NCBI GenBank assembly: GCA_030295235.1
Contig: AP026127.1
Span: 124,001 to 188,000, forward strand
Reading direction: 5' to 3'
DNA: 64,000 bases
Source of the DNA: Fistulifera solaris
Lineage: Eukaryota
A model generated the notes under the pieces. It made no database searches. It was given only the letters and a program-made list of their open reading frames with translations, and was not told the DNA's origin. A program made the position numbers and the translations under genes. This document shows positions 47,100 through 58,544 of this stretch, one piece after another. The stretch's first letter is position 1, and each line of letters opens with the position of its first letter.

Positions 47100-48560
47100 G
47101 TCCGAGTACTACTCTACGACATTATTGCCGACGCATCAACGCCGGCCAGACTTCGCGTAAGTCGTCTAAATCCGGTTCCGGCGCAGATTGCCCTGCGCAA
47201 AGACACAAAAACAATCCATGGTACCCGACATAATCGATCGGCTCGATCATTTTGTCACCCTACCGCCTTCTAGGAGGTGCAGTTCGATTCTCGCTTATCG
47301 AACACCCCGCCAAGCCAACCTGAGGGACGCCCAGTGTACACTTCAACGCGGTCTACAGTCTGGTGAGCCAAAATGGCCCAGATATCAACAACTTTTGCTC
47401 GCTCAAACTCACTTCAATGATCAACGCCCCGCACATCAATGCACCAATATTTTATTGTTTATTGCTTCCAGCAATCTTGATCATCTGTCACGACAGAAAC
47501 ACTCTCAAACGCAAACATTGCAATACAAACGATCAGTCGTTGCTCGCGACACACACAACTCCATACGAGTCCTTAGAGACCGAAACCGAACTCTTCATCC
47601 CGAAGATTTATACTCCATTAACAATTATTTTGTTGGCCTTCGGCCTTTGTTTTCGTTTCACGAAAAATACCAATTGCATACCTTGCAAACCTACGAGCAC
47701 CGCTCTGCATAATTCATTTCCTCCAACAAAGCTTCAATAGCAATGGAGGTCATCTTCCTCGCGAAGTAGCCGCAGGTGATAGAGCACGTCCACTCTGGAC
47801 CTCATTTTTTCATCGACCTTCGGTCGTCCTTTTGTTATCAACAAACCTTTCATCGCGCGCCGATGCACACCCTCAGATCCCAGTCACGCACCTGACTGTA
47901 GAGTCCAGTACAATCTGACTCTCCTGTATCACGTCATACACACCGACAAGAGGAGGAGTAACTTATGACTTACAACTTACGACAACAGTACTGAGCTTAC
48001 CGGCAACTGTTTTCAAAATCTACTTTCCAACTGTCCCATAACGACATCAATGGTCGTTGGTCGTTCCACGACTGTAAAAACCCCAAGGGAAATTCACTCT
48101 GTGAATGTATGCACCAAGTAGTGGGCAACACACTGCGACTATGACGCTACTTGCCACCGCAACTGGAAGTACTTCTGGTAAAGACATGGTAGATACGGCT
48201 CTATCAAACCTTATGTACGCCTTTCGAGCGTCTCTACAAAGTGGGCTTAAACCCACACCAGATTCTTTGGTCTATGAAAGAGGCCGTCGCTGACTGGATT
48301 TATATCCAACACCATTGTCAATGCTTTTTGACAAACCGGCTTATCACTTATCAAGCCAACAGACAACGTTTCTCCTACGACTTGGTCTACCAAGTCGGAG
48401 ATCAAGTTCTCAAACTAAGTCGATAATCCGACTAAATTACAGCCCTGCGCACACGGACCATTTACCATAGTCCCAGTCCACACGAATGGTACAATCAGCA
48501 TTCGCCGTAATGCCTTTACAACAGAACGCATCTCTACACGACGCGTCAAAACCCTTCCGC
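47100..48560 (+). pseudogene. Decayed Gypsy pol remnant (protease C-terminal region + integrase; RT/RNase H not detected)
   Basis: Colinear motifs matching the neighbouring element: LYDIIA, HPTAF, GHLPREV, HVH.DLI, DPVTHL, CECMHQVVGNTLR, MVDTALSNLMYAFRASLQSGLKPTP, YQVGDQVLKL, GPF, HTNGT, RRVKPF. Confidence 0.85.
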
Positions 48561-49782
48561 TTGCGCGTGCGGTTGACACGAGTGTCGAAGTCAGCACGAA
48601 AACGAAATAATCGAATTTTCGGCGTTTTACGAAATGAATGTCATCGAGTCCGTGAGGACGAGCGTTCGAAAAAGAACTGAAACAGACACGTGGTCGATGG
48701 ATTGATGAATAACAGAGTTATCCAGGGATTTAAAAAAAGAGAAATGAATTCTGATTGGTTGAGCCATGTCGACACCAGCAGCACTGAGTGCGACATTCGC
48801 TATTCGGTAGCAACTTTTGTTGCGTGAACGAGAGACGATGCTGCCTCTCTGATTCGAATGAAAAACATGTTCATTTATTCTCCTTCTTGAGGAGTTGGTT
48901 GTATAGAAACATTTAATTGTTTTTCGAAAGAACGAAAGGGGGTTGCATTCATGCTAATGAGCGAGAATGTCGCCCGACCCAAATGGGTACGATTCAAAAA
49001 AAAAAAATTTCGGTGTGGCTTCGAGAGCCGAGTCGAGAAGACTTGCGTTTCATTGTAATAAATACATAATCACGCTTATAAAGGTTGTTTTTCTATGATT
49101 AAGATGCTAGATCTATCATTAGATTTGGGTAGACGGAGACCGTCGTGTTGCGCTTTTGAAGCGACGTTGCGATGTTAACGGGCTGAATAAACAGCAAATG
49201 AAAGGTATGAACAGGCGCGGTTCGTGTGAATGATAATAACATGCTTTCAAGCTGAAAGCTGATGTCGAACGGGTCGTTCGGTGTGTCCGCTGTGGGGGAA
49301 TGGCAGTCGAAAAGACTGATGGTACGTCAATGCGGAAGGACGAATTTTGTCTTCAAAAGACCATTGTTTGTCATCAAAAGACGGCTTGCCTGCGCGAGAG
49401 CGCTGTTTGCCTTCGAGAGAGTAAGTTGTGTCTGCGAGAGACTGTTGTTGTCTTCGAGAGACTATTGTTGTAAAGGGCTGTGTTCATGGTTGAACAAAAA
49501 AAAATCGACGAGTGATCACTATGCCTTGCCCTACGATGAGGAAAAGCTTGAGAATGAAATTGTGAGCCTATTTGGATTATTCTATGAAATGTAAAAGGTT
49601 CGAGAGAGTTTTGATAAAGGACTCCCACCAGTCGTGGGAGTTCCGGGAAAGGATTCCCACCGGTCGTGGGAGTCCAAGAAAGGACTCCCACCAGTCGTGG
49701 GAGTTCAAAGATGAACTCCCATCGAGAACTCCCATGAATAAACAATAAGCCAAGTGGGAAGGTTTGAGCCATGTGTGGTAGC
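48561..49782 (-). repeat. Right arm of ~1.2-kb inverted repeat
   Basis: Reverse complement of 44269-45480. Confidence 0.97.
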
Positions 49783-52492
49783 AGACGAAGAACAAGAACT
49801 TCAACCTTGAAACTCTCATTCTTCATTTTTCACCTTTGACTGTACAATTTCTATCTTGGAAATTTCGCCATCGAACCTCACCGAAGAACATCGGAACATA
49901 CCACGTATTCTTCAATAGTGACAAAAACACCGAAGACAAACCGCACTATTGCCCTACTCTCTATATAAATCGTTCCAGCTACGGAGAAGCCGAAAGGGAG
50001 TCACCGAAAACCGAAAATCCACCACCTTTTTCTCCGTTCTCGCAAGCTTACTCCATCGATCCATCGATGCCACCTCTTACTTCCTTTCATAAAATAAAAT
50101 AATCCGCTTCCCGTTTGATTACACTTCCCGAATAACGAAAATATGCCAGCATCGTTGCCCCAAGCGGCTACCCCGAAAAAGTTCGAATGAATTTGGACAT
50201 GAACCAAATTGTTTACTTCTCCACGCCACCGTTAAATTCAGATCGGTGGCAAACGGAAACGAGCCAAAACAATCGAATAAATGCGTTCAATTGCAGGTGG
50301 TCGGAAAGGAGAATACCTTTCGTCGAAGTAGCTGCGAAATAGGAGCCATTTCAATTGTAAATAGTGCGATCTAATGTTAAAACATAATTCATCTACAATC
50401 ACTATTCGCCTGAGGTATAGGGAAGCATTTGATTGTCCACCGTTCATGCAGCCAACTAGGCGCTTTATAGGCCTGACGTTCGAGAGTGCCTAAAACTGAT
50501 TGCGACTATTGCACGGGCAAGCTTTTTCATCCAAACGAATTTATCGTTGCGAATTTTGAAATCTGCCATGCTTCAACCATGGCGTAGACGCAGCTTTCGG
50601 GTCATTACCTCGAATTAGAGCGCTAACACAATTTTCTCACTTTTCGGCTACTCTTTCATACCACAATCGCATAATTAATGTAGAGAGGCTTGGACCCAGC
50701 AACCACAACGGATTTAAAGAATGAATGGAACACTCGAAATTCCATGGAGCTCGTGATTGCTTGGATCCCCCTTTCTGCACACTTAGAAGCATCTATTCAC
50801 TGCGGAACTGGCAGTAAAATAAGAGCAAGAATCAGTGTTATGTCAATATTGATAGAAAGTTCCACGACGACTCCTCATCACTTACTGGTGGAGATTACTG
50901 TACGTTACTCGTTGCGAGAGATTAATAATAAAGTCTTCCTCGTCAAATGTGGTTTGCGTTTGGTTAAAAGTGTGATTTGGGCGAGAGCTTGAAACTTTTT
51001 ACAACTGAGGTACAGGCGGGAGATACCGTGCTATCAATAGTTTAAACATCCAACTTTGGCTGGTATGCTCGAGGCTAGAAGCTGCTTCCAATGATGAGCT
51101 AATAAATAAGAACCAGCTTTGTCCATGGGCGTATCCTCTTTCGTCGTCGCAGCTCGTGATTGTGGCGAGTTTCGATTGTTGACGCAGCTGGATTTCGCGT
51201 TACTGACGGAATACAAACCTTAGGGTAAGACGCGTTAGCAGTTGACTTTGTACATCTCCGATGCGCCATGGCGTCGATCGCAAATTGCGGTAGGATAGTC
51301 TGGTATAGGATGATTCTTACTCTCAAAAAAATCTGGCATTTTGAGTATCTCTTTCCATACTGACATTTTTAAATTCAGTTTAGTGAATTCCAATAGTGTT
51401 TTGAAACTGCTGATATGGGAACATTGTCAAATCCGATCGATTCTGACACTCACTCACTTTTATCAACTGTTTCTCAGCTTTCGTTTGGAACCACTGGATC
51501 GACGATACAATTAAAGGATTCGGGCGGTCTAACGGCATCGTCGATGGGAAGATTGGCGCTCTTGTTGCATCCTGAAGGCCATCGTAGAACCCATTCCGCC
51601 TTTCAAAAATACGTGTAATGAGGAACGATTTGTTGTTAGCACTCAAAGTATAATATCGAATGTATGAATTTATCGTCGTCGTCGCTCCTTTTGTCGTTGA
51701 AGGCCAAAGCTAACCGGGCGAGCGAAAATGAAGTTGAAAATGGCTAAAAATAATGTCAACGGTACTCAGAAAGTCTACTCAATGACCTACTTTCACTTTT
51801 GCTCGTTCCGTCCTAACCGAAAAAGTGCTCAAATCTGACCATTGGACAGAAAACAGACTGAAAAACGCGCCAGCCAGACTTCCCCCTTCACAACGTGTCC
51901 GCAACAACCCATTGAAATGCAACAAAAACGGATGAAAACCACACCTTTCAAATCAACAGTGATTTGTATTTCCATAAAATGTACCTTTCCTTGTAGCTAA
52001 TGCTCTCCCGGTCACAATGGTGCAAGAATTGTAGAGGATGAGGCGCACTAGTTACGTCAAAAGTCATAAGGGTCAAGGATACTGATACTTTCTTTTCGTC
52101 CACCCCTCGGCCTCGTCCACGTCACGGTGGTCGTCGCCACGTTGCCACAAAAAATGTGAGATGTGAGCCTAATTGAAGGTGGAAAGATCGCCTCACTGGA
52201 AACGCTACTGGTATCGCAAATGCGCAAGGCGCAAAGCCTACGTCCTACGTGGTCCGTAACAGTCGGAACCTGACTACTAAATCTATCTCATTCTTCCATT
52301 CTCCAAAGAAAAACATGAGGAGGAGTCATTTTTTCGTTATTAGTACTGCACAAAAATTCCGATAATTATTCGGGGGCAATTGCACAGGGGCGAAATGCGA
52401 AGCCTGTAAAATTATGGGACTATTGAGTCTTGAGATTTGAGATGTGCCGTCTGCGACCATTATTTCTTTCCTTTCTCATTTCGCAGCGTTCG

Positions 52493-52885
52493 ATGGAGAG
52501 CCAGCCTGCCACTGCTGCACTGCAAGCATTGCTTGAAAGCCTTTCAACACCCAAGGAACGTGCGGGGAGGACGCCATTCTGTCTCGTTGATTTCCCCCGC
52601 ATTGAATGGCACTTTGACGATGTATCAAGAGAGCACATGGAACTACTTCGATCGGAGACGAACTTACTTCGATTACTGCCCGTCGAAGAATCCGTGGCGC
52701 TGCCGGATCAAACCACGTTGGTGGCAAGTGCGTTTACGCTTTATAAGAACACCGCCGCTGTCGATTCATCGGCACTTCTACATCTTATTCGTTACCAATT
52801 GCGCGTTTCGTCGCAATTGACACTTGGCGAGAAACGCGAAATTGTATCGGCGCATGATAAACGGTGGTGCGACAAGACCACTTGA
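52493..52885 (+). CDS. Hypothetical protein with FPxIEW motif
   Basis: LVDFPRIEWHFDD; motif shared with 53670-53933. Confidence 0.5.
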   Translation: MESQPATAALQALLESLSTPKERAGRTPFCLVDFPRIEWHFDDVSREHMELLRSETNLLRLLPVEESVALPDQTTLVASAFTLYKNTAAVDSSALLHLIRYQLRVSSQLTLGEKREIVSAHDKRWCDKTT

Positions 52886-53200
52886 TTTGATGACACAAAG
52901 TAGGACACATTCTCTATGTCGTTCAATCGATCGGCAGCGTCGAAGTCGCATACGTTTGCGAGGCATTGTACCAGTAGTAAAGCACCCTCATCAATATTGA
53001 ACCACTTTTATTATTAACTCCTTAGCAGCCTGGCCCAAAGGACCACATACCACATCCTGTTGAATGAAACTAAAAAAGAACTTTCGCCCCTTCATAGTTT
53101 CGCCTTAATTAGTTGTTAGCACGTTGTTAGTCAATTATTCAACATATCTCTAGCTGTTTTCTCGCATGTTCCAAGTTTCATTCACTTAAACCTTAGACTA

Positions 53201-53244
53201 GTAGTTCGTAGTTCGTAGTTCGTAGTTCGTAGTTCGTAGTTCGT
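53201..53244. repeat. (GTAGTTC)6 microsatellite
   Basis: Direct inspection. Confidence 0.9.
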
Positions 53245-53669
53245 CTCAAAATTTGACTAAAAACATGCCTTCGTGGCCGGAAGCTCGAGTTTCTTCCGTA
53301 TACATCTTCATCTGGCCGAACTGACTGAAAGCTCAACGCTCAACGCTCAAAGCTGATTTCCGGAAATTTGAAATTTGCGGTGTTCGTCCGATCGATGATA
53401 GAGGAGAGTAGGACTCACTGTTCTTCACTAATGTTCGCTCTTCCAATACTGTGCGTAGTACAAACCGAACACCGAACACAAAACTTGTTGTGTACTGGTA
53501 CTGTAGAGACATCCAACGACGGAGGATCTGGCGAAAGAATGCTGCCCTGCCATTCCCTGGAACCCGGAACTGTTTCGTTTGCATGATCAAATCCTCCATC
53601 GTTTTTTATAACATGAAACACGGTGAACTGTTTGCTTTCAAATAACCACAGTTATCACATTCAACAACC

Positions 53670-53933
53670 ATGAATTACCGTCACACTACCATGGAATGGT
53701 CTCGACCGTCGGTCACGTGCCCTCTCGCAGAGGACCTGGCACAACGAAACGAAACATCGTTTCCCGAATTCCCACTCATTGAATGGAAATTCGATGATGA
53801 TGAAGAAGAAAACAAGGTTCTACAAACTGTTTTGTTTCCCCGGAGTACCCATCGACGGCTACTGGTCCGATCGAAACCCTTTGTCACCCATTTATCCCTT
53901 GCGGGACGACACAAATCCGTCCTTCGCTTTTAA
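53670..53933 (+). CDS. Small hypothetical protein with FPxIEW and LVRSK motifs
   Basis: caaccATG start; FPEFPLIEWKFDDDEE; RRLLVRSK. Confidence 0.55.
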   Translation: MNYRHTTMEWSRPSVTCPLAEDLAQRNETSFPEFPLIEWKFDDDEEENKVLQTVLFPRSTHRRLLVRSKPFVTHLSLAGRHKSVLRF

Positions 53934-54403
53934 CGAAAGAGAACACAAAAGTGGAGAACCGTCGCGAATATCTACTGTGCGGGTTCTGGGTAAAGTGGGA
54001 GCTTCGCCGTCATCCATTTGTTAAAAGTGTCGTCCTGAGAGTCGCCGACTCGATGATTCGACAGAAGCTTTGTTTCACTTATCGGGACAAGATATCTCCC
54101 CTTTCTGAACCCTTCTATTGAATCTCGAAAGCAGAATTCATCCTATTTACAAAATCATTCATTTTTTATACTTCGTATAAAAATACTCCGTAATTGTTAT
54201 TTATTCAAACGAATAATTCTACGTCATGCTCGTGATCCAGTTCGTGATTGTTTAGATCCAGCGTTCGGCACGACTCAATGTTCACTCTTGTCGCACTTAT
54301 TTTGTTGCAACGCATCTCTTCTATTTTACTCTTCTCTTTCATCCTTTATCTTATGTATCACTTTCGATTCCTCCTTCTACACACATATGTATAACGCAAA
54401 AAA

Positions 54404-55011
54404 ATGGGCAACAAAATCAGTTTAGAAGAAGAAATGATCAATATGCGGATTGTCGCAAAACAAATGCAACGGTCCGCCCAAAAATGTCAAAAGAACGAAA
54501 AAGCCGCCATCGAAAAACTCAAAAAAGCCATTGCGGCCGGTTTGAGTGAAAATGCTCGTATTTATGGACAAGATGCGATCCGGGAAAGAATCAAGCTCTC
54601 AATCATCTGCGCATGGCGAGTCGTCTCGAGGCGTGTTGCAGTCGCATTGAAACGGCCGTTCGAATGAATCAAGTTACGAGCAGTATGAAAGGAGTCGTCA
54701 AAGGCATGGATAAGAGTATTCAATCGATGAATATTGAGCAACTCACGGCGACAATGGACAAATTTGAACAACAGTTCGAAGATCTGGATGTCAAGGCGGG
54801 TTATATGGAAGGTACCATGAACGCGACGACCGCGACATCGACACCGGCGGAACAAGTCGATGAATTGATCAGTGCGGTGGCAGATGCAAATAACCTAGAA
54901 TTGGGAGAAGCGTTTACGGAAGCGGGACCGATTGGGAAGAAGAAAGTACCCCAAGAGAAAGTGGGGGATACGAGTGATTTGGAAGCTCGTCTGGCGAGCT
55001 TGCGGAATTGA
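54404..55011 (+). CDS. CHMP1: ESCRT-III subunit CHMP1/Did2/Vps46 (Snf7 family)
   Basis: ARIYGQDAIR, MASRLEA..SRIETAVRMNQVT, MDKFEQQFEDLDV, MIM1-type C-terminus DLEARLASLR; one frameshift near 54590. Confidence 0.92.
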
Positions 55012-55117
55012 GAAGAGCAAGTCAACCGCTTATTCGATACTATCAAGTCACGATGATAACGTTTACTTGTTTATTCCTGTGCCTTTTAATACTTATTATA
55101 TTAACCTATCATTTGAT

Positions 55118-57427
55118 TTAGTTGTATTGAGAAATTCCCTGTGGAACAGTCGAATGCATGATTTGACTTTGTGAAAGGGTTGATCCTCCGCCCGAATGCA
55201 AAGATGCTTGTGGCTGCGCATACTGCTGTTGCAAAGGCTGCTGCTGCTGCGTCTGCTGCTGTTGGGCATACTGCGGCTGCTGTGCATACGACTCAACATA
55301 ACCAGGATAGTGTTGATCGAATTGGGTCAAGGTGGCTTCCCAAATCGCCGCTCGTTCCGCGGCAGCTTCTTTGAAACTGGCGGCAATGATTTTTAGACTA
55401 GCCGACCAGTCGCGACGACGATCGACTGCAATCCGACTCACTTCCGACAACAAACGACGACCAATTTCGTCTGCTTCTTGGCCGGCGGGATAGCCGTATG
55501 CACCGGCATAACCAGACATCATACTTTTGCGTTCTTTTGAACGACGTTGTAATGCGGCTCGACGATCACTGAACGCCAACCGTTCATTCCGACACAATTT
55601 GTATTGCTGTGAATACGAGGCACAGGCGGCCGACAGTTCCAACGAAAGTCGCTTCGAGCGACGACCACTTCGCAGTAAGGCACCGGCCACGATCTCCATG
55701 CCTTCACTGCTACCATCGGACGGTTTCAACCAGCGACCCATTTCCATACCCGCCGTTCCGCACAATTCCGAATGCTCTTGAACCAACGACAAAGCCCCTT
55801 CGAGTTTGGGAACGGCTTGTAGTACCGCACCCATCCGAATACTTTCCATCGAGTACAAACCCAACAATTCGGCGTTGTCTTCACTGTCCGTTTCGGGTGT
55901 CCATTGCTCGGCAGTTTTCACAGCGGCTTCCACACCGGCATTTGCTAACCGTGTAATGGCATTGCTACTGACTTCGGGCCAAGCCGTGCCCAATTCGTCT
56001 TGCAACGACAAAAAGAAACGGAGTGTTCCTGATTGGGAAGCCATGGGATGTTGTACGAGTTTTTGCAAATACACTTGGAGTTCGTTAGCACGTTGAATGG
56101 CGAATTCTTGCGATTGTTGTGCCGACGCTTCTTCAATCGCGCGGGTCGCGTGTTTGTCCGGTCTGTAGAAAAAAAACGAACACAAAACATGAGTCTCCGG
56201 AACTTCTTTCACCGGTTCATACACTCACAAGACACAAACTCACCGCGGGGGCAGAATACATCCTGGACAATCTTGTCTTAACCGATCTTCCAAGGCCACC
56301 ACATCCCGAAAACGACGTCTCACGACCCACACATGCGGTGGAACCTGCGTCGCAATTTGGTACGACCAAAACGGCGTCGATTTGACAAAAAGGCTTCCTT
56401 TTCCTGTCAATAGTAAAGGTTGATCCACCGTGACCGTCCCGTAGTGCGTCGGCGCCGCCGGAACAGGATACGACCGCATTTGGGGCGGCAATCCTTGTTG
56501 TGGATGAATGTTGTGCATCCCCGCCATGGGATTGCCCAAGGGTGGTCCATACGAATTCGTGGCAGGCGGATGGGGTGGTCCGTACGAGGCGTTTTGATTC
56601 ATGGTAGTAGTAGAAGAAGAGGCATGATTCATCGTCATGTGCTGTTGTTGCGGAGGATGATTCATCGAAGGATGATTCATCATCAAGTGTGGTTGTTGTG
56701 AAGGATGATTGATCATCATGTGATTGGGATTCGGATGCGGCTGATACGACGACGCGGGACGCAGCATCATGGACTGATTCATCATTTGGTTATTCATATT
56801 CGGTTGAGACGGCGGCATCATCATAGATTGACTCATCAGCTGATTGGATGTCTGTTGCTGCGGTTGTGCATTCATCGGATAGCTCGGTTGCTGCGGAGGC
56901 ATTCCCATGGTCGACATGCCCGATTGTTGCGGTAATGGAGGCATGGTTGGCTGTTGCTGTTGTTGCACTGGCATTCCCTGTTGCGTCATGCGCGGAGGCG
57001 TTGCATATACGGGATGTTGCTGCTGCGGATACGCTGGTTGTTGCTGTGTCATAACAAAGGGATACGCTTCTCCATCTCCTAACGAAACACTTTCCATCAA
57101 TTGTTGATTCATTTGTTGTTGCTGATTGAGCTGTTGTTGTTGCTGCAATTCGGCTTGCTGTCGAGCCGCCTCCTCTTGCTGCTGCTGTCGAGCGGCTTCT
57201 TCTTGCTGTTGCTGAACGCGTTTCTGTTCTTCTTCTTGTTGTTGCTGTGCATCGACGGCATCAAACAAACCATCTCCCGCCGAAACATCTCCCAACAATC
57301 CCGATTGCATCAATTTCGAGGTTGTCGGATTTGTCGATGTCGTGTGATTAGCAGCAGCGGGTTCCTGGAGAAACAAATCGCTGCCGCCCGTCAAGGACGG
57401 TAACAAATCGTTCGTTGCGTGACTCAT
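55118..57427 (-). CDS. PX-domain sorting nexin (Vps5-like) with Gln/Pro/Met-rich N-terminus
   Basis: VRRRFRDVVALEDRL...PGCILPPR|PDK, QRANELQVYL..LVQHP, LRFFL; intron 56163-56243; coiled-coil C-terminal half. Confidence 0.88.
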
Positions 57428-58112
57428 TTCGTCTTTCACAATAGAAGATATCGAAGCTCGTAAATAAAGGCTTTCGATGACGCCTCAACACGATTGAAAC
57501 AAAAAGAGTCCGAGAAACAAAAATCCTGTTTTGAAATAGCTCTTCGCGTTTGGTGCTTTTTCACTCGTTCTCTCTTTTCTAGACGGATTTTCTGAGTTAC
57601 GTTGTTGAAAACGAATAAGGGAAAAAGAAGCAGCACTTCAATAACAATAGCGCAGTCATCCTCCTCATGGTCGAAGATGCGACATGCGACGGAGTGACCG
57701 TGGAGAAAGAAAAAGATCGTTCCCGTGTACCGTTCGACAGACAGACACAAATTAGCGGCAGACGGACGAACTGTGATTCCGGCCACTCGCTATATTATAC
57801 GTTTCGTTTGGGTTGGCAATAAAACCGATCCGTTCGATCTAGCGCAGGCTTTCTTCCTAGCTAAAGAGGATCGATTTCAAGTACAGCTTAGGTATCTAGA
57901 CGAACGCTCTTAACATAAAATCCTTTGCATGCGAAACAGAAAAGGGTCTTGAGAGCTCTTTCGGCGGTAAGTGTGTGCAGGAATAAGAATTGTTTTAAAC
58001 TGCTATCTTTAGAACCGTTCGTAAACGTCAAGAACAGAATAAGTTGTTACTTATAAGTATATTTATATTAATAATAGCGATAGCGCTTTAGCACAGGATA
58101 CAAAAGATACGT

Positions 58113-58544
58113 TCAAAATTCACAACTCGCACAATGATTTGTGATCAACAAGGCCTGCTCCAACAATCGTGCGGTATCTCGGCCAGGTTCGAAGGAATTC
58201 ATGCGGCGCACGGGTTTCTTGGGTGGTGAACTGTCGTATACGCAACGGGGTTGCGGGGCCATCAGTCCTTGTGGACAATTCGTATCCCAGCGGTTGGTAT
58301 AATGGGGACGCGACGTTGTTTTTAAGTCCAGCCACGAGTGATTCAAATGCAGTGGCTGTTGTTGATGTTGTGACTGTTGTAAATCACTGCAACTCGAACT
58401 CCTCCGTTGTTTCCATGCATCTCGATTCCGACGTCGTCGAACGGGAGGAACCGACAAGGTTTCACTACGAGCGGGTAAACGGGCATTGTCATTCACTATT
58501 TGCACCGAATCGAAGGATCGGTGATCGAGGAGTAATGATATCAT
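58113..58544 (-). CDS. Hypothetical protein (IVxDNA / RW / PxKPxR motifs)
   Basis: VQIVNDNAR, NRWDT, PPKKPVRR. Confidence 0.6.
   Translation of the reverse strand: MISLLLDHRSFDSVQIVNDNARLPARSETLSVPPVRRRRNRDAWKQRRSSSCSDLQQSQHQQQPLHLNHSWLDLKTTSRPHYTNRWDTNCPQGLMAPQPRCVYDSSPPKKPVRRMNSFEPGRDTARLLEQALLITNHCASCEF

Larger units (their letters stand above)
44266..49783 (+). mobile_element. Gypsy-derived element bounded by ~1.2-kb inverted repeats (inverted-LTR / Ginger-like)
   Basis: GACGA|TGCGCTACCAC...GTGGTAGCA|GACGA (TSD 44261-44265 and 49784-49788); arms 44269-45480 and 48561-49782 are reverse complements; decayed pol inside. Confidence 0.85.

Noticed and set aside
44266..49783. DIRS retrotransposon or Polinton/Maverick
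   Set aside because: No tyrosine recombinase, RT, DNA polymerase B, ATPase or capsid remnants seen; DIRS elements usually make no TSD and Polintons usually make 6-bp TSDs.
44265..49826. Short ORFs in the inverted arms (e.g. 44279-44674, 44457-44786, 49262-49594) as genes
   Set aside because: They arise from repeat sequence, are mirrored only because of the inverted duplication and show no protein motifs.
49836..51646. Scattered short ORFs right of the inverted-repeat element
   Set aside because: No coherent reading frame or recognisable domain.
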